Origin: an uncultured Ruficoccus sp. | GTDB lineage: Bacteria > Verrucomicrobiota > Verrucomicrobiia > Opitutales > Cerasicoccaceae | Assembly (NCBI GenBank): GCA_965140785.1 | Contig: OZ223497.1 | Span: forward strand, 64,001 to 128,000 | DNA: 64,000 nucleotides | Reading direction: 5' to 3' | In this document: positions 39,726-50,032 of the stretch, piece by piece | Layout of the letters: each line of letters starts with the position of its first letter | How positions within the stretch are numbered: the first letter of the stretch is position 1 | Made by a program: the position numbers and the translations under genes | The notes under the pieces: generated by a model | What the model saw: only the letters and a program-made list of their open reading frames with translations | What the model was told of the DNA's origin: nothing | Database searches by the model: none

Positions 39726-40469
39726 TCAACCGAGTCCGCCGCAACTGCGACCACCATCAATGAGATAATTCGTCCCGGTAATGAAAGCGGCGTCTTCAGA
39801 GCTGAGGTAGAGGATGAGCCGGGTGACTTCTTCTGGCTCTGCGGCACGACCTAATGGCGTTTTCATCTTTGCCATAGCTGCGCGGGTCAGTACTGGGCCG
39901 GGTGAGACACAGCAGGCGCGTATGCCATGTGGGGCTCCGTAAAGGGCAAGAGATTTTGTCAGAGCGATCATGCCACTCTTGGAAGCACTATAAACGATAT
40001 CGCTAGATGTTCCAGTGACGCCGTCTACCGAACCCATATTAATGATGATGCCGTTTTTTTGCTTCATCATTTCGGGCAGAACTGCCCGACAGAAATAGAT
40101 TGGTCCCTTGAAATTGACATCCGCACCCCAGTCTATGGCTGAAATGTCCATTTGATCAAAACCTCCACTGCAACCGAATACCCGCAAGGGGCTGCCTCCG
40201 GCGCTGTTGAGAAGGATATCGATGTGTCCGAACTGGTCTCGTGCGCACTCAACGGCGTTTTGCACCTGTTCGTAGTCGCGTACATCGACAGCGATTCCTA
40301 ACGCTTCAGCGCCCTTTGCGCGAATTGCGTCTGCGGCCTTCTCGACAGAATCGCCGTTTACGTCTGTTAGGATGACTTTCGCCCCCTCGTTCGCGTATTG
40401 TTGGGCACTGAGTAGCCCCATGCCCGAGGCCGCTCCTGTGATTATCGCTACCTTATTACTGAATCTCAT
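39726..40469 (-). CDS. SDR oxidoreductase
   Basis: TGAASGMG, YSASKSG, ITGTNYLIDGG. Confidence 0.93.
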   Translation of the reverse strand: MRFSNKVAIITGAASGMGLLSAQQYANEGAKVILTDVNGDSVEKAADAIRAKGAEALGIAVDVRDYEQVQNAVECARDQFGHIDILLNSAGGSPLRVFGCSGGFDQMDISAIDWGADVNFKGPIYFCRAVLPEMMKQKNGIIINMGSVDGVTGTSSDIVYSASKSGMIALTKSLALYGAPHGIRACCVSPGPVLTRAAMAKMKTPLGRAAEPEEVTRLILYLSSEDAAFITGTNYLIDGGRSCGGLG

Positions 40470-40730
40470 CTGTAAAAATGTGTTGGGGGTTTGGTTTGGT
40501 GAGGACGACTGTAAGTCTCAAGTATAGAGACTTTTGTGTTCTTTTTGCGTGTTGCTATGTCTGTGAGTAATGTAAATCAATAGGCAATTGATGGTCAATA
40601 TGATTGATTTCATTCAGCGAATGTAATTTTCTTGGACTATGCAGGCTTTTGAAAAGGAGGGAGAAACTCTTGGCGGTGTACTGAAAACTTTCAGGCATAT
40701 TTGAAAAAACATCTTTTTACAACTGGGGCC

Positions 40731-41702
40731 ATGGCTAAGATAAACGAAATTGCAGAAATCGCGGGAGTGTCAGCAGCGACAGTCTCGCGTGTATTCAATC
40801 ACCATCCGAACATCCGCCTTGAGGTTCGCAAGCGTGTGTTCTCTGTGGCACGAGAGTACGGGTATCATCCACGCTTAACAGTGAAGCAGAAAAACGTGGT
40901 GGTGATTACGCCATACGATTCGGTGCTCCCGGTTCAGAGTTGTGTGGATATGATTCTGATGGCTCTAGTGCAGGAAATGTCGGAGCGGGGCTTTCGGTTG
41001 GAGATTCTTCCCGGGAATAATCGTGAGCGCCTTGATACGATTCAATTTTGCGCCGCCGTAGCGATTGGAACTGATCCCGATGAGTTTCGTGGCTGGTCGG
41101 AGCGTTTTGCCATGCCGCTGATTATTATGGATAGGGAGGGGGATGAAAGAAATTCCGACGTGTATTATGTTCGCTCGGACGAGAGTCAAGGGATGCGCCT
41201 TGCTCTTGAGCATTTATATCAATGCGGCTGCCGTAAGGTCGGGAGCATTATACATGGTTCACCTAATACAGGGAACGCAACACGGCGAAGGGACGGCATT
41301 GTTAGAGCGTTGGCTGAACTGGGGTTGCCGGGGGATGCGTCTCTGGTCTGTTTTTCCGGGCCCGGAAGTGACAAGTACATGGAATTGATTGGTAAGCTAC
41401 TCAAGCAGGGGATTGACGCACTTTTTTGCCCGGGTGGTAATGCCGGAATTGTTTCGCTTTACGCCTTTTCACTCTTCAACCGCCGAGTGCCTGAGGATAT
41501 TTCATTGATTGCTTCAGAGCAGTCGAAAATTTCTCAATATACGGTTCCTCCCTTAACAACGATTGTCCCCGATTATAAGCGGATGGCCGCAGCAACTGCG
41601 GATTTAATTGAAGCTCGAGTCGAGGGGGGGAATTTTCCGGCTGACACCATATTTCCTTATCACCTGATCTCAAGAGATAGTGTTGTAAGCCATGGGCTTT
41701 AA
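40731..41702 (+). CDS. LacI-family regulator
   Basis: INEIAEIAGVSAATVSRVFN; RVPEDISLI. Confidence 0.92.
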   Translation: MAKINEIAEIAGVSAATVSRVFNHHPNIRLEVRKRVFSVAREYGYHPRLTVKQKNVVVITPYDSVLPVQSCVDMILMALVQEMSERGFRLEILPGNNRERLDTIQFCAAVAIGTDPDEFRGWSERFAMPLIIMDREGDERNSDVYYVRSDESQGMRLALEHLYQCGCRKVGSIIHGSPNTGNATRRRDGIVRALAELGLPGDASLVCFSGPGSDKYMELIGKLLKQGIDALFCPGGNAGIVSLYAFSLFNRRVPEDISLIASEQSKISQYTVPPLTTIVPDYKRMAAATADLIEARVEGGNFPADTIFPYHLISRDSVVSHGL

Positions 41703-41875
41703 ACGACTTTCATCATTCAGAAATTAGGAGGTAGTACCCTTTTCTTATGAGGTTATTTTAATGGGTGCATGGGTAAGCACAGGGATGTATTTGTGCCTTC
41801 GGAAGTTCTTCTTAATCATTGGTGCACAATACAGCCCGTATTGATCCCGTAACATACCTCAATCCACACAATCCC

Positions 41876-42805
41876 ATGAAAAAATCAGTTGCGTCAAAAA
41901 TATGCAGAAAGACTAACGCCAGAATGATGTGCGCTTCTGGTTTGCTGGAAAGTGTTATTCGAAAGGCCGTTCTGCTGGGCTCGGTGCCTGTTTTATTGAT
42001 GGCATCGCTAAGCGCTCACGCCCAGACAGCAGTGCTTGAGTACTTGTTTGATGAAACGGCAACGATCTACAATCGAACTGCTGAGAACACCGGCAGCACC
42101 TCGGGCAATGACCTGATCATGCGCAACTCCAGCGGCAGTTATACGGACCTGCATGGAGCTGCTGGAAGCGGAGTGTCCGGGGCCCTCGGGGACCTTTCAT
42201 TTAACAACACTGGAGCGACCGGTATGGGCTCGGGTTACGCGGGAGGCTACGCTTCTGGCAGCGTAACGGTCGGGGAATTAACTGCGTTCACCCTGACTGG
42301 GTGGTTTAAGACGGACGGATCTATTATCGGCAACGGTGCCACTCTCATTGAGGGGGGAGGGATTAAACTCTCCGGTATCTCAAGTGATGGTCGGCTTTCT
42401 TTGAACGTGAATGGCGCGAGTGTAGTCAGCAACGCGCGTTACAATGCCCAGTCCGAGTGGGTTTTCTTTGCTATCAGCTATGATAGCAGTGTGTCCACAG
42501 ACAACGTGTATCTGTATGTTGGTGACGACAGTACATCCTCGTCTCTGGCGCGTTTTCAAACGGCGACCGTAGACGGAGGTTCCGTGACGATTAGTAATTC
42601 AACGTTCATAATAGGAGGCCACTATCAGGCCAATCCGTTTGATGGTGAGATGGACGATTTTCGTGTGTTTAATTCTGTCTTATCTCAGTCGGAGTTAGAA
42701 ACAGTGCGTCAGGGCGATATTTTTATTCCAGAGTCAGGGGCTACGTCAGTGGCGTTGGGAGCGCTTGCTATTTCTCTTGTCTGGGCGTATAAACGGAGGC
42801 GGTAA
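41876..42805 (+). CDS. LamG/ConA-like PEP-CTERM surface protein (paralog 2)
   Basis: Long signal ending AHAQ; FTLTGWFK, EWVFFAISYD, FDGEMDDFR; IPES-TM-KRRR tail. Confidence 0.88.
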   Translation: MKKSVASKICRKTNARMMCASGLLESVIRKAVLLGSVPVLLMASLSAHAQTAVLEYLFDETATIYNRTAENTGSTSGNDLIMRNSSGSYTDLHGAAGSGVSGALGDLSFNNTGATGMGSGYAGGYASGSVTVGELTAFTLTGWFKTDGSIIGNGATLIEGGGIKLSGISSDGRLSLNVNGASVVSNARYNAQSEWVFFAISYDSSVSTDNVYLYVGDDSTSSSLARFQTATVDGGSVTISNSTFIIGGHYQANPFDGEMDDFRVFNSVLSQSELETVRQGDIFIPESGATSVALGALAISLVWAYKRRR

Positions 42806-42920
42806 TCGTCTTTCCATTGTGGGATATTTTTCATTCATTTGCACATAGTTTCATCAACTGCGATTGCTCGTTTATCTCGATCGGGCACGAGGTATTAATT
42901 GCCAAATAAGATTACGATAC

Positions 42921-44048
42921 ATGAATAACAGACCTATCATCTGCACATACTATTTTCCGAATTGGCATGTGGATGCCCGAAATGAAGAAATTCACGGGAA
43001 GGGCTGGACGGAATGGCGAGTTGTGCAGCATGCCACGCCACGGTTTCCCGGCCATGAACAGCCAAGAGTCCCCCTGTGGGGATACACCGATGAGGCCGAT
43101 CCGACAGTCATGGAACAGAAGATTCAGGCTGCAACGGATAACGGAATCGATGCATTTGTATTTGACTGGTATTATTACGTAGATGGGGCTTTCCGTGAAC
43201 GCTGTCTTCAGGAAGGTTTTCTGCCGGCTGCCAATTGTCACGATATTAAGTTTGCCCTGATGTGGGCTAACCACGACCACGGGTACGCTCATCCAGGCAA
43301 TTATTATCGGCCAGTCGAGTCGATGTGGTCAGGAGATATCAGTCCGGAAACATTCTATAAGTGTACGGAGTATCTTATTCAGTCTTACTTCAGTCAGCCC
43401 AACTATCTCAGGGTAAATGATGCCCTTTATTTTTCGATACACAACCTGAAGAACCTGGTGAAATCGTTGGGAGGTATTTACGCCACAGGGCTGTTTTTCA
43501 AGGATCTTCGCCACCGTGTTGAAAAGGCCAATTTGGGCAAAATACACCTTGATGGCATGCTGTACTCGGCGGGTGATCGGGATAATATTCCTGAAATCAA
43601 TGATTTCGTAGAAAAGGTCGGATTAGACAGTCTTTCTAATTACTCCAACCTTCGCGGTGAGGGCTTTCCTTCCTTTGAATACGATGAGATGACTCGTCTG
43701 GTAGGGCCTGAAATGGAGCGGATCAGCCAGGATCTCTGTATTCCCTATAATCCCGTCATTACAACCGGTTTTGATAACAGCCCAAGGACCGTTCAGTCGG
43801 ATATGTTTGAAAGAAGAGGATACCCTTTCAATGAGGTGGCGATTAACAATGGTCCCCAAAATTGGGAAGCATGTCTGAATGTTGCGAAGAAGTTTATCGA
43901 TTCCGGCAAATTCACAGGAGATATCCTGCATTTGTCATGTTGGAACGAATGGACAGAAGGGGCATACCTTGAGCCTGACACCCAATACGGCTATGCGAAG
44001 CTTGAAGCCGTGAAAAAAGTTTTTGGGAAAAGCCTAGTATCCGACTAG
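42921..44048 (+). CDS. GH99-like / WbsX-like glycoside hydrolase domain protein
   Basis: YYFPNWH, FALMWANH, GFDNSPR, WNEWTEGAYLEPD. Confidence 0.85.
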   Translation: MNNRPIICTYYFPNWHVDARNEEIHGKGWTEWRVVQHATPRFPGHEQPRVPLWGYTDEADPTVMEQKIQAATDNGIDAFVFDWYYYVDGAFRERCLQEGFLPAANCHDIKFALMWANHDHGYAHPGNYYRPVESMWSGDISPETFYKCTEYLIQSYFSQPNYLRVNDALYFSIHNLKNLVKSLGGIYATGLFFKDLRHRVEKANLGKIHLDGMLYSAGDRDNIPEINDFVEKVGLDSLSNYSNLRGEGFPSFEYDEMTRLVGPEMERISQDLCIPYNPVITTGFDNSPRTVQSDMFERRGYPFNEVAINNGPQNWEACLNVAKKFIDSGKFTGDILHLSCWNEWTEGAYLEPDTQYGYAKLEAVKKVFGKSLVSD

Positions 44049-44220
44049 ATACCTTTTTTATGTGTCCTTTATTTTACTTTATTGAAACGGACCATACATG
44101 AGAACTTAGCCCCATATCGAGTATATGCGTGCATAGGTATGATCGCTCCTTTGTGAGTTTGCCCGTTCTGGCATGATCCTGATCCTTGTTTGTCCTATCA
44201 TCTATCCAACCCGTTGCCCC

Positions 44221-44421
44221 ATGAAAAATACAGTTGCCCCGTATATGTGCACTTGGTTGAAAGCTGCCACGGTATGGTTAGTTTTTTACCGTTGGCTTTG
44301 TCTGTTCGCTGTGTGTGTTGAGCACAGGTTGTCATTCAAGGGGCGCACGCGCAGACAGCTGAGCTTAAGTTTCCCAACCGATGGCCGACTCGCTTGGAGT
44401 GTGAACGGCACTCAAATGTGA
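44221..44421 (+). pseudogene. Possible decayed remnant of a fourth LamG PEP-CTERM gene
   Basis: cccatgaaaaatacagttgc resembles the 41876 start; TDGRLAWSVNG resembles SDGRLSLNVNG. Confidence 0.5.
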
Positions 44422-44543
44422 TTAGACTTATGTGTGCTAAAAAGCCGTTAAATGTCAATGGTGATGGTAGTATTCATATATGTCTGTGATCTGTTGATTT
44501 CATGAAATTATTTTTGTTTTAAATCATAAGATTGATTATAGAA

Positions 44544-47399
44544 ATGACTAATTCTAATATTAAATATTTAAAATATGGCAGTACGCCTATCTCGACTTAC
44601 CCGGGTGATGCTGATTTTAATGCCATTGAAAGGGGATATTTCGAACACGACGGGAATGTGGGGATTGCCACCCCGTCTTCCATCGTCTCATTCGACCAGA
44701 AAACCGGCTCCATTTGCCATCTTATAGACAGAAAAACCGGAGCGGATTTTATTTCTTCGCGCGCAGAACTTCCCATCTTTGAGTTCATGCTGGGTTTTGT
44801 GGAAAGCGATAAGGCTTGTGCCCATACAGTTTCTGCGCAACCCGTTTTTCTCGAAGATAACCAGATTAATATCGCCCAGTTTGTCGACACCTTCAACCCG
44901 AAGAGCTATGCAGTCATCTTCAACGAGTTTCACTCCTCCGAGAGTGGAATGGTTCGTCTTGGAGTTGCAGCAGACTGGTGGCTTGAGCTGTATATAAATG
45001 GCGAATGCGTGTACGCCAGCAAAGAAAGAGCCGGAAACGAGACCAACAATTTCTCGCCGGATAATCACGTCATAGAATTCCCGGTAAAGGAAGGGACCAA
45101 CATACTTGCCGCTAAAGTAATCAGCGGTTCGGGAGGATGGCGTTTTGTCTGCGGGAACCCCCTAAAAACCCAACCTGGAGAAACGGTACGCGAATGCGCC
45201 GATCTGCTTAACAAGCAGTGGTTGCTTTTTGTCGACACCTTAAAAGACGTGGACATGTCAGTGATTCCTCAGCAACTGCCGGGGATAAGTCCTCCCGAAC
45301 GCATCAAAGCGGATCAGTTCACGGATGTACGGACAGAACGCAAGGCTCTCGGGAATGTTATTCTCTCCTTTTCCAAGCATCCGGTATACCCATTGAGTGT
45401 GTCGGTCGAAATATCGAGCGACCCGCATGGGCTTATCCACATGCGAATAGCGATAGCAAATCGCTCAGAAGGTGTTGTCAGCAATATCCAGTTTCTCAAG
45501 CTTCAAGTGCCCAGAGAACTGGGAGGAGACAACGGCGCCGGGGGGTACCTGGTTGCTCCGTCTGCATCCGGAGGATTCCTTGTGTCTTCTCCGTGGGACA
45601 AGACTATTGTGGTGACCGGCCTGTACCCAATCACGATGAACACACAGTTTGTCGCGTTGTATAACGATCAGGCGGGTTTGTTCGTCGCAACTTTCGATAG
45701 CGAAGGTAATTACAAGAAGATGTCCGTCTCTATGGAGAAAGGAAACGATCTGAGAGTGGGGGTCGAACATCTGCAGCCCGAAGTCCCGGGAGTAGATGTA
45801 TCACTAACCTATGATACGGTTATCGGGACCTATAACGGGGATTGGCGTGACGCTGCGGATTTGTATAAACAATGGGCGGTGCAGCAGCCCTGGTGCGCAA
45901 GAACTATATCTGAGCGTGAAGACCTGCCATCATACTTTACCGAAGGGGCTGCTCTGCTGGCTGTGCCATTTCTCCACGAAATGCCACAGTACAAGCTTTT
46001 TCCATTTGAGATGATTGAACGGCTTCCGGAAATTGCCGATCGCTATCGCCAGCAGACAGGACTTCCGCACATAGGATTTGCTCCGTTTGGCTGGGAAAAC
46101 AGGGGATGCTGGGCGGGGATCAACTATTTTCCGGCCAGGCCGTCAAATGAAGTGTGGAGGAAAATAAATCGTGAGTTGAAGTCTGGCGGAAACTTTACGT
46201 TCATGATGCCCTCTGGCTATAAGTGGGTTGTAAAACGTCAGGAAATCGAGCGCATGGGGCCGGCCTTTGATGACACGTCTGATTTTGAGGCCCGTCAGGA
46301 AATGCTAGTTCGCAACGCGGACGGGACTCCCTGGCTACTGGATGTCTACGACGATACCACTCACCACAGCGGCGTAACCGCCATGCTGTGCCAGAGCAGC
46401 AAAGAGGCCCAAAAGACCATGTACCGGATATTTATGGACATTGTCGAGCTGGGCTCCGACCTGATCCAGTTCGACCAAATGCACGGAGGATGCCAGCAGA
46501 TACCCTGCTACAGCAAAACCCATGGCCATCTGCCCGGCTATAACAAACAGTATTTCCACGATTTCAGTAAGCTCTGTGAAAAGATCCGCCAGGATGCCAA
46601 AGAGATTTGCCCTGAGTTCGGGATGAGTACCGAATCCTGCGGCGAGCTAGCCATTCCCTACATGGGAACAATGTGGGGTCGCCAATGCTCGGAGGTTGGA
46701 GAAACACAGATCGGTGCTGAGAGTCTTGCTGTATTCTCATACATCTACCACGAGTATATGCCCGTCCTCGGTGACGGATTTTCGCTGGGGCAGGGGATGC
46801 GCGCCACCCTGGGCTCGGCCGAGCTGCGCTGCTTCAGGCTTGCCAAGGTATTGACCCGAGGGTTGATCCCCACCGTTTACATGGAGCAGGTGCCTCTCGA
46901 TCCCAAAAATGAGTGGCAGGAAAAGGTTTCCCGGGCTTTCTTTTCCTTTTGCAAGCCTTTTGCCCGGTTCCAGGAATATCTCATTCGGGGCATTACCCGC
47001 CGTCCGCCTGCCATTGAATGCGCGGAGCAGGAAGTCTGGCACTATATGGCAGATCCGTATGGCCAAGAGCAATTGTCCGATGGACGAAGGGCAACCAAAG
47101 TGACAATCCAGCGTCCCACCGTCATTGCCGGAACCTTTGAGGCGGAGGACGGATCGTTTGGAACGGTCATCGTCAATGCCACTCCACACTTACAACAGGC
47201 CAAGCTCATGCATGCAGGGAAAGCGTTCCAGTCTTCCCTTTACCGGGTTGACCGTGCGCTTGAGTGTGAGATTGATCGTGACGAGGCAGAAATATCACTC
47301 CAGTTAGAGCCGTTTGGGGTGAGGATGCTCATTAGTCGGACCTGTGCTAACGGTGACCCCGGGAGTGCATTTCGCACGAGCGATCATCTTTCTAGTTAA
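44544..47399 (+). CDS. Large putative glycoside hydrolase (DUF6259-like) with inserted beta-sandwich
   Basis: GDWRDAADLYKQWA, YFPARP, IQFDQ, CYSKTHGH, FSYIYHEY; ADWWLELYING insert. Confidence 0.6.
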   Translation: MTNSNIKYLKYGSTPISTYPGDADFNAIERGYFEHDGNVGIATPSSIVSFDQKTGSICHLIDRKTGADFISSRAELPIFEFMLGFVESDKACAHTVSAQPVFLEDNQINIAQFVDTFNPKSYAVIFNEFHSSESGMVRLGVAADWWLELYINGECVYASKERAGNETNNFSPDNHVIEFPVKEGTNILAAKVISGSGGWRFVCGNPLKTQPGETVRECADLLNKQWLLFVDTLKDVDMSVIPQQLPGISPPERIKADQFTDVRTERKALGNVILSFSKHPVYPLSVSVEISSDPHGLIHMRIAIANRSEGVVSNIQFLKLQVPRELGGDNGAGGYLVAPSASGGFLVSSPWDKTIVVTGLYPITMNTQFVALYNDQAGLFVATFDSEGNYKKMSVSMEKGNDLRVGVEHLQPEVPGVDVSLTYDTVIGTYNGDWRDAADLYKQWAVQQPWCARTISEREDLPSYFTEGAALLAVPFLHEMPQYKLFPFEMIERLPEIADRYRQQTGLPHIGFAPFGWENRGCWAGINYFPARPSNEVWRKINRELKSGGNFTFMMPSGYKWVVKRQEIERMGPAFDDTSDFEARQEMLVRNADGTPWLLDVYDDTTHHSGVTAMLCQSSKEAQKTMYRIFMDIVELGSDLIQFDQMHGGCQQIPCYSKTHGHLPGYNKQYFHDFSKLCEKIRQDAKEICPEFGMSTESCGELAIPYMGTMWGRQCSEVGETQIGAESLAVFSYIYHEYMPVLGDGFSLGQGMRATLGSAELRCFRLAKVLTRGLIPTVYMEQVPLDPKNEWQEKVSRAFFSFCKPFARFQEYLIRGITRRPPAIECAEQEVWHYMADPYGQEQLSDGRRATKVTIQRPTVIAGTFEAEDGSFGTVIVNATPHLQQAKLMHAGKAFQSSLYRVDRALECEIDRDEAEISLQLEPFGVRMLISRTCANGDPGSAFRTSDHLSS

Positions 47400-47556
47400 A
47401 GTAGTCATCCATCTCATGATTTTTTCGCGATTCACCCCATGTGCTGACGGAGGCTAACAAGCTCGCTCGGTAGCACGACAATCTCCATTGGAAGCCATGC
47501 CTTGCATATGCGTTTGCTGGGAGTTCACCTAAGATGCTTGAACGACATAAAGTAAA

Positions 47557-50004
47557 ATGAATAATTATATTAATACTAAACTCGAAGTTAAATTCACGTC
47601 ATGCCTACAGTTTCTGCCCTTTCTATTCATCTTTTTACTGTCGTTTTCGCTGGGGCATGCTGAGGAGACTATGCCAATGCCATATGAGGGCACCTTGCTG
47701 CCTCAGGCAGACTCTCCAGAGTATGTAAGACAGGGGCTTGAAGCTATTGCCAGGAATGGTCAATTTCCCATGCCGACCCGGACTTGGGAAAAAGTCGGAC
47801 TTCCTGAAGGGGTCGAGAAACAGGTTTGGGACGCTTGGGCACCCGGAGCACCCCGGAAATGGAAGAATGTTTCACCAGGATATACTAACGTTGTTTACGA
47901 TGCCAAGGTATGTGACGGGGTGGTCAGCCTGCTGCTCGATGGTGGCGGATTAGTCCAGTCCGCGGACGGAGGAAAGTTCTGGGAGCCGGTTTCGCATCAT
48001 TTGACCTACTCGCCGACAGGTTTTTATTCCTTTGATATTAATCCAGCCGATCCGGATATTATTGCAGTCAGCGGATCGGTCATCAACCGATCCCTTAATG
48101 GCGGGCGCAGTTGGGAAACGGTTTGGGATAATACGGTTCCAGCCATGATTCCCACGCCGACGACTGTCAATTTCGAGAGCAAAAAAGAAAAGCGCGCATT
48201 ATACCGCAACAGCATGGCGTTTGGTCGTATCCGATTTAATGCGGACGGTTCGCGTGTTTTTACAGCACCGGGCGGTTTGGGGCACAACTTGAGGCCTCGT
48301 AAGTACATCGAGAATGAGATGCGTCTTAATCTGGACAATAGAAAGTATATTTATGTCGGCGATGGAAGCGTATCCGATTTCAAGGCGATTGATCTTGGCA
48401 CCTTTGCCGGAGTGAGGAGCATCAGCCCTCATTTATCCAACCCAGACCTGGTTTACGTCTCGTTTTCAGATGGAAGTATTTTCGTATGCCGCAACGCGTG
48501 CAGCGAAAATCCGGAATTTACGAACCTTGAGTTGCCTCAGTCGATGCAGGGGCTGCAAGCGGTGTCCGTGGATATTTCCCCAGATGATGAAAACACCCTG
48601 TTATTGGTCATGGTCGATCAGGGGGAAGATCCGTTCGCCCGAGACAAGCTTTATGTCGCTACGGTATCGGGGGACGCGCTCAGCTGCCGGGAGTTGAATG
48701 CCGGGAACGAACGCTTTACCTCGGCGAAATACAATCCCCTTAATGGACTGGAAGCGTTCTTCGGTAAGTTCGGCAGTGGCAAGTCCTACGTCATTTCAAC
48801 GGATGGTCTTCAGTCCTTTGAAGTGCGGCGGTTTCCCGAAGAGCTTTTTCCCTCTGAGCACGTCACCGGCTACAAATACATCAGTTGGTTTGCTTTCGAC
48901 ACAAAGAGCACATTGGCGATCGCCTATTCCTTTACAGGGGCATGGTTGACCCGGGATGGTTTCAACACAGTTGAAGAGCTGGTGATGAAGCATGATCAGG
49001 AAAATCGATTTTTTGGAAACAAGGGAGTCGGTTTTGCCGAGTGCGCTAAGTCTGCATGTATCCGTGGCATGTACACCTATATCGCGACGAATGACCATGG
49101 TGCCTGGAGAAGCAAAGGTGATGACACGAGCATGTGGGAAAAAATATCGGACAATCCGGGGATGCCCAAGTCAGACCATAATAATAACCGTCTGGCCTTT
49201 CCTATGGCCGTCTCTGACGACGAGGAATTTGTTTACCTCGTCTATCGCACCCGCAATTATTCCAATGAAGACCACAAGCTGATGCAATCCACAGACTGGG
49301 GCGACAGCTGGCAGGATATTACCCCTCGCCTGGGGGTGGGAGATGTTGTTGAAAATGGTATCGAGGATATATTTTTCGATCCGGAAAACTCCGCCAACCA
49401 ATGGATACTCTCGGGTGACGAACTCTTCTACTCTGGAGACGGAGGGCAGACATTCTCCATGTTCAAGTCCCCGGCCCGGAAGGCTAATTTTGCCTATGAC
49501 AGTCCCCACGGGATACTCTATGCAAGCAACCGAGATATCCTTATGGAAAGTCGGGATATGGGTGAAAACTGGACGCCGCTCCCTTATCGCTTCAGTAACC
49601 GGATTTACGCTCTCTCGCTCGTGAATGAGAGCGATCTGGTAATCGCCGATGATGGCCGGTTGATTGTGATCCCATTCGATGCAATCGGTAAAGGCGAAAT
49701 AGATCAGGAAATGATACGCCTGACTATTGGTGAAAACCCTTCCGAAGCTGCCTACGGCCTGCGCACGTTCAAGCCGATCGTATGTCATGAGGGGAAAATC
49801 CTTACTTTCACCTCTGACGGGGTGAACCGGAGCAACGCAATGAAATCCCTTGGTGCGCTTCTGTCCGATGATCAGGGAAAAACTTTTAAGTGGATCACTT
49901 ATGACATGCCCAATTCATCTGATGTTTACGGCTGCGACATGAGCGATGAAAAAATCATCTTCGGCAATCGGGGAATCTTTGAGCTGGATATTTCCGGCCA
50001 ATGA
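47557..50004 (+). CDS. Secreted BNR/Asp-box beta-propeller protein
   Basis: Signal peptide; Asp-boxes SADGGKFW, SLNGGRSW, STDWGDSW, SGDGGQTF, SRDMGENW, SDDQGKTF. Confidence 0.8.
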   Translation: MNNYINTKLEVKFTSCLQFLPFLFIFLLSFSLGHAEETMPMPYEGTLLPQADSPEYVRQGLEAIARNGQFPMPTRTWEKVGLPEGVEKQVWDAWAPGAPRKWKNVSPGYTNVVYDAKVCDGVVSLLLDGGGLVQSADGGKFWEPVSHHLTYSPTGFYSFDINPADPDIIAVSGSVINRSLNGGRSWETVWDNTVPAMIPTPTTVNFESKKEKRALYRNSMAFGRIRFNADGSRVFTAPGGLGHNLRPRKYIENEMRLNLDNRKYIYVGDGSVSDFKAIDLGTFAGVRSISPHLSNPDLVYVSFSDGSIFVCRNACSENPEFTNLELPQSMQGLQAVSVDISPDDENTLLLVMVDQGEDPFARDKLYVATVSGDALSCRELNAGNERFTSAKYNPLNGLEAFFGKFGSGKSYVISTDGLQSFEVRRFPEELFPSEHVTGYKYISWFAFDTKSTLAIAYSFTGAWLTRDGFNTVEELVMKHDQENRFFGNKGVGFAECAKSACIRGMYTYIATNDHGAWRSKGDDTSMWEKISDNPGMPKSDHNNNRLAFPMAVSDDEEFVYLVYRTRNYSNEDHKLMQSTDWGDSWQDITPRLGVGDVVENGIEDIFFDPENSANQWILSGDELFYSGDGGQTFSMFKSPARKANFAYDSPHGILYASNRDILMESRDMGENWTPLPYRFSNRIYALSLVNESDLVIADDGRLIVIPFDAIGKGEIDQEMIRLTIGENPSEAAYGLRTFKPIVCHEGKILTFTSDGVNRSNAMKSLGALLSDDQGKTFKWITYDMPNSSDVYGCDMSDEKIIFGNRGIFELDISGQ

Positions 50005-50032
50005 TTTGCCGAATTATAGAGTTAGTGATGCT

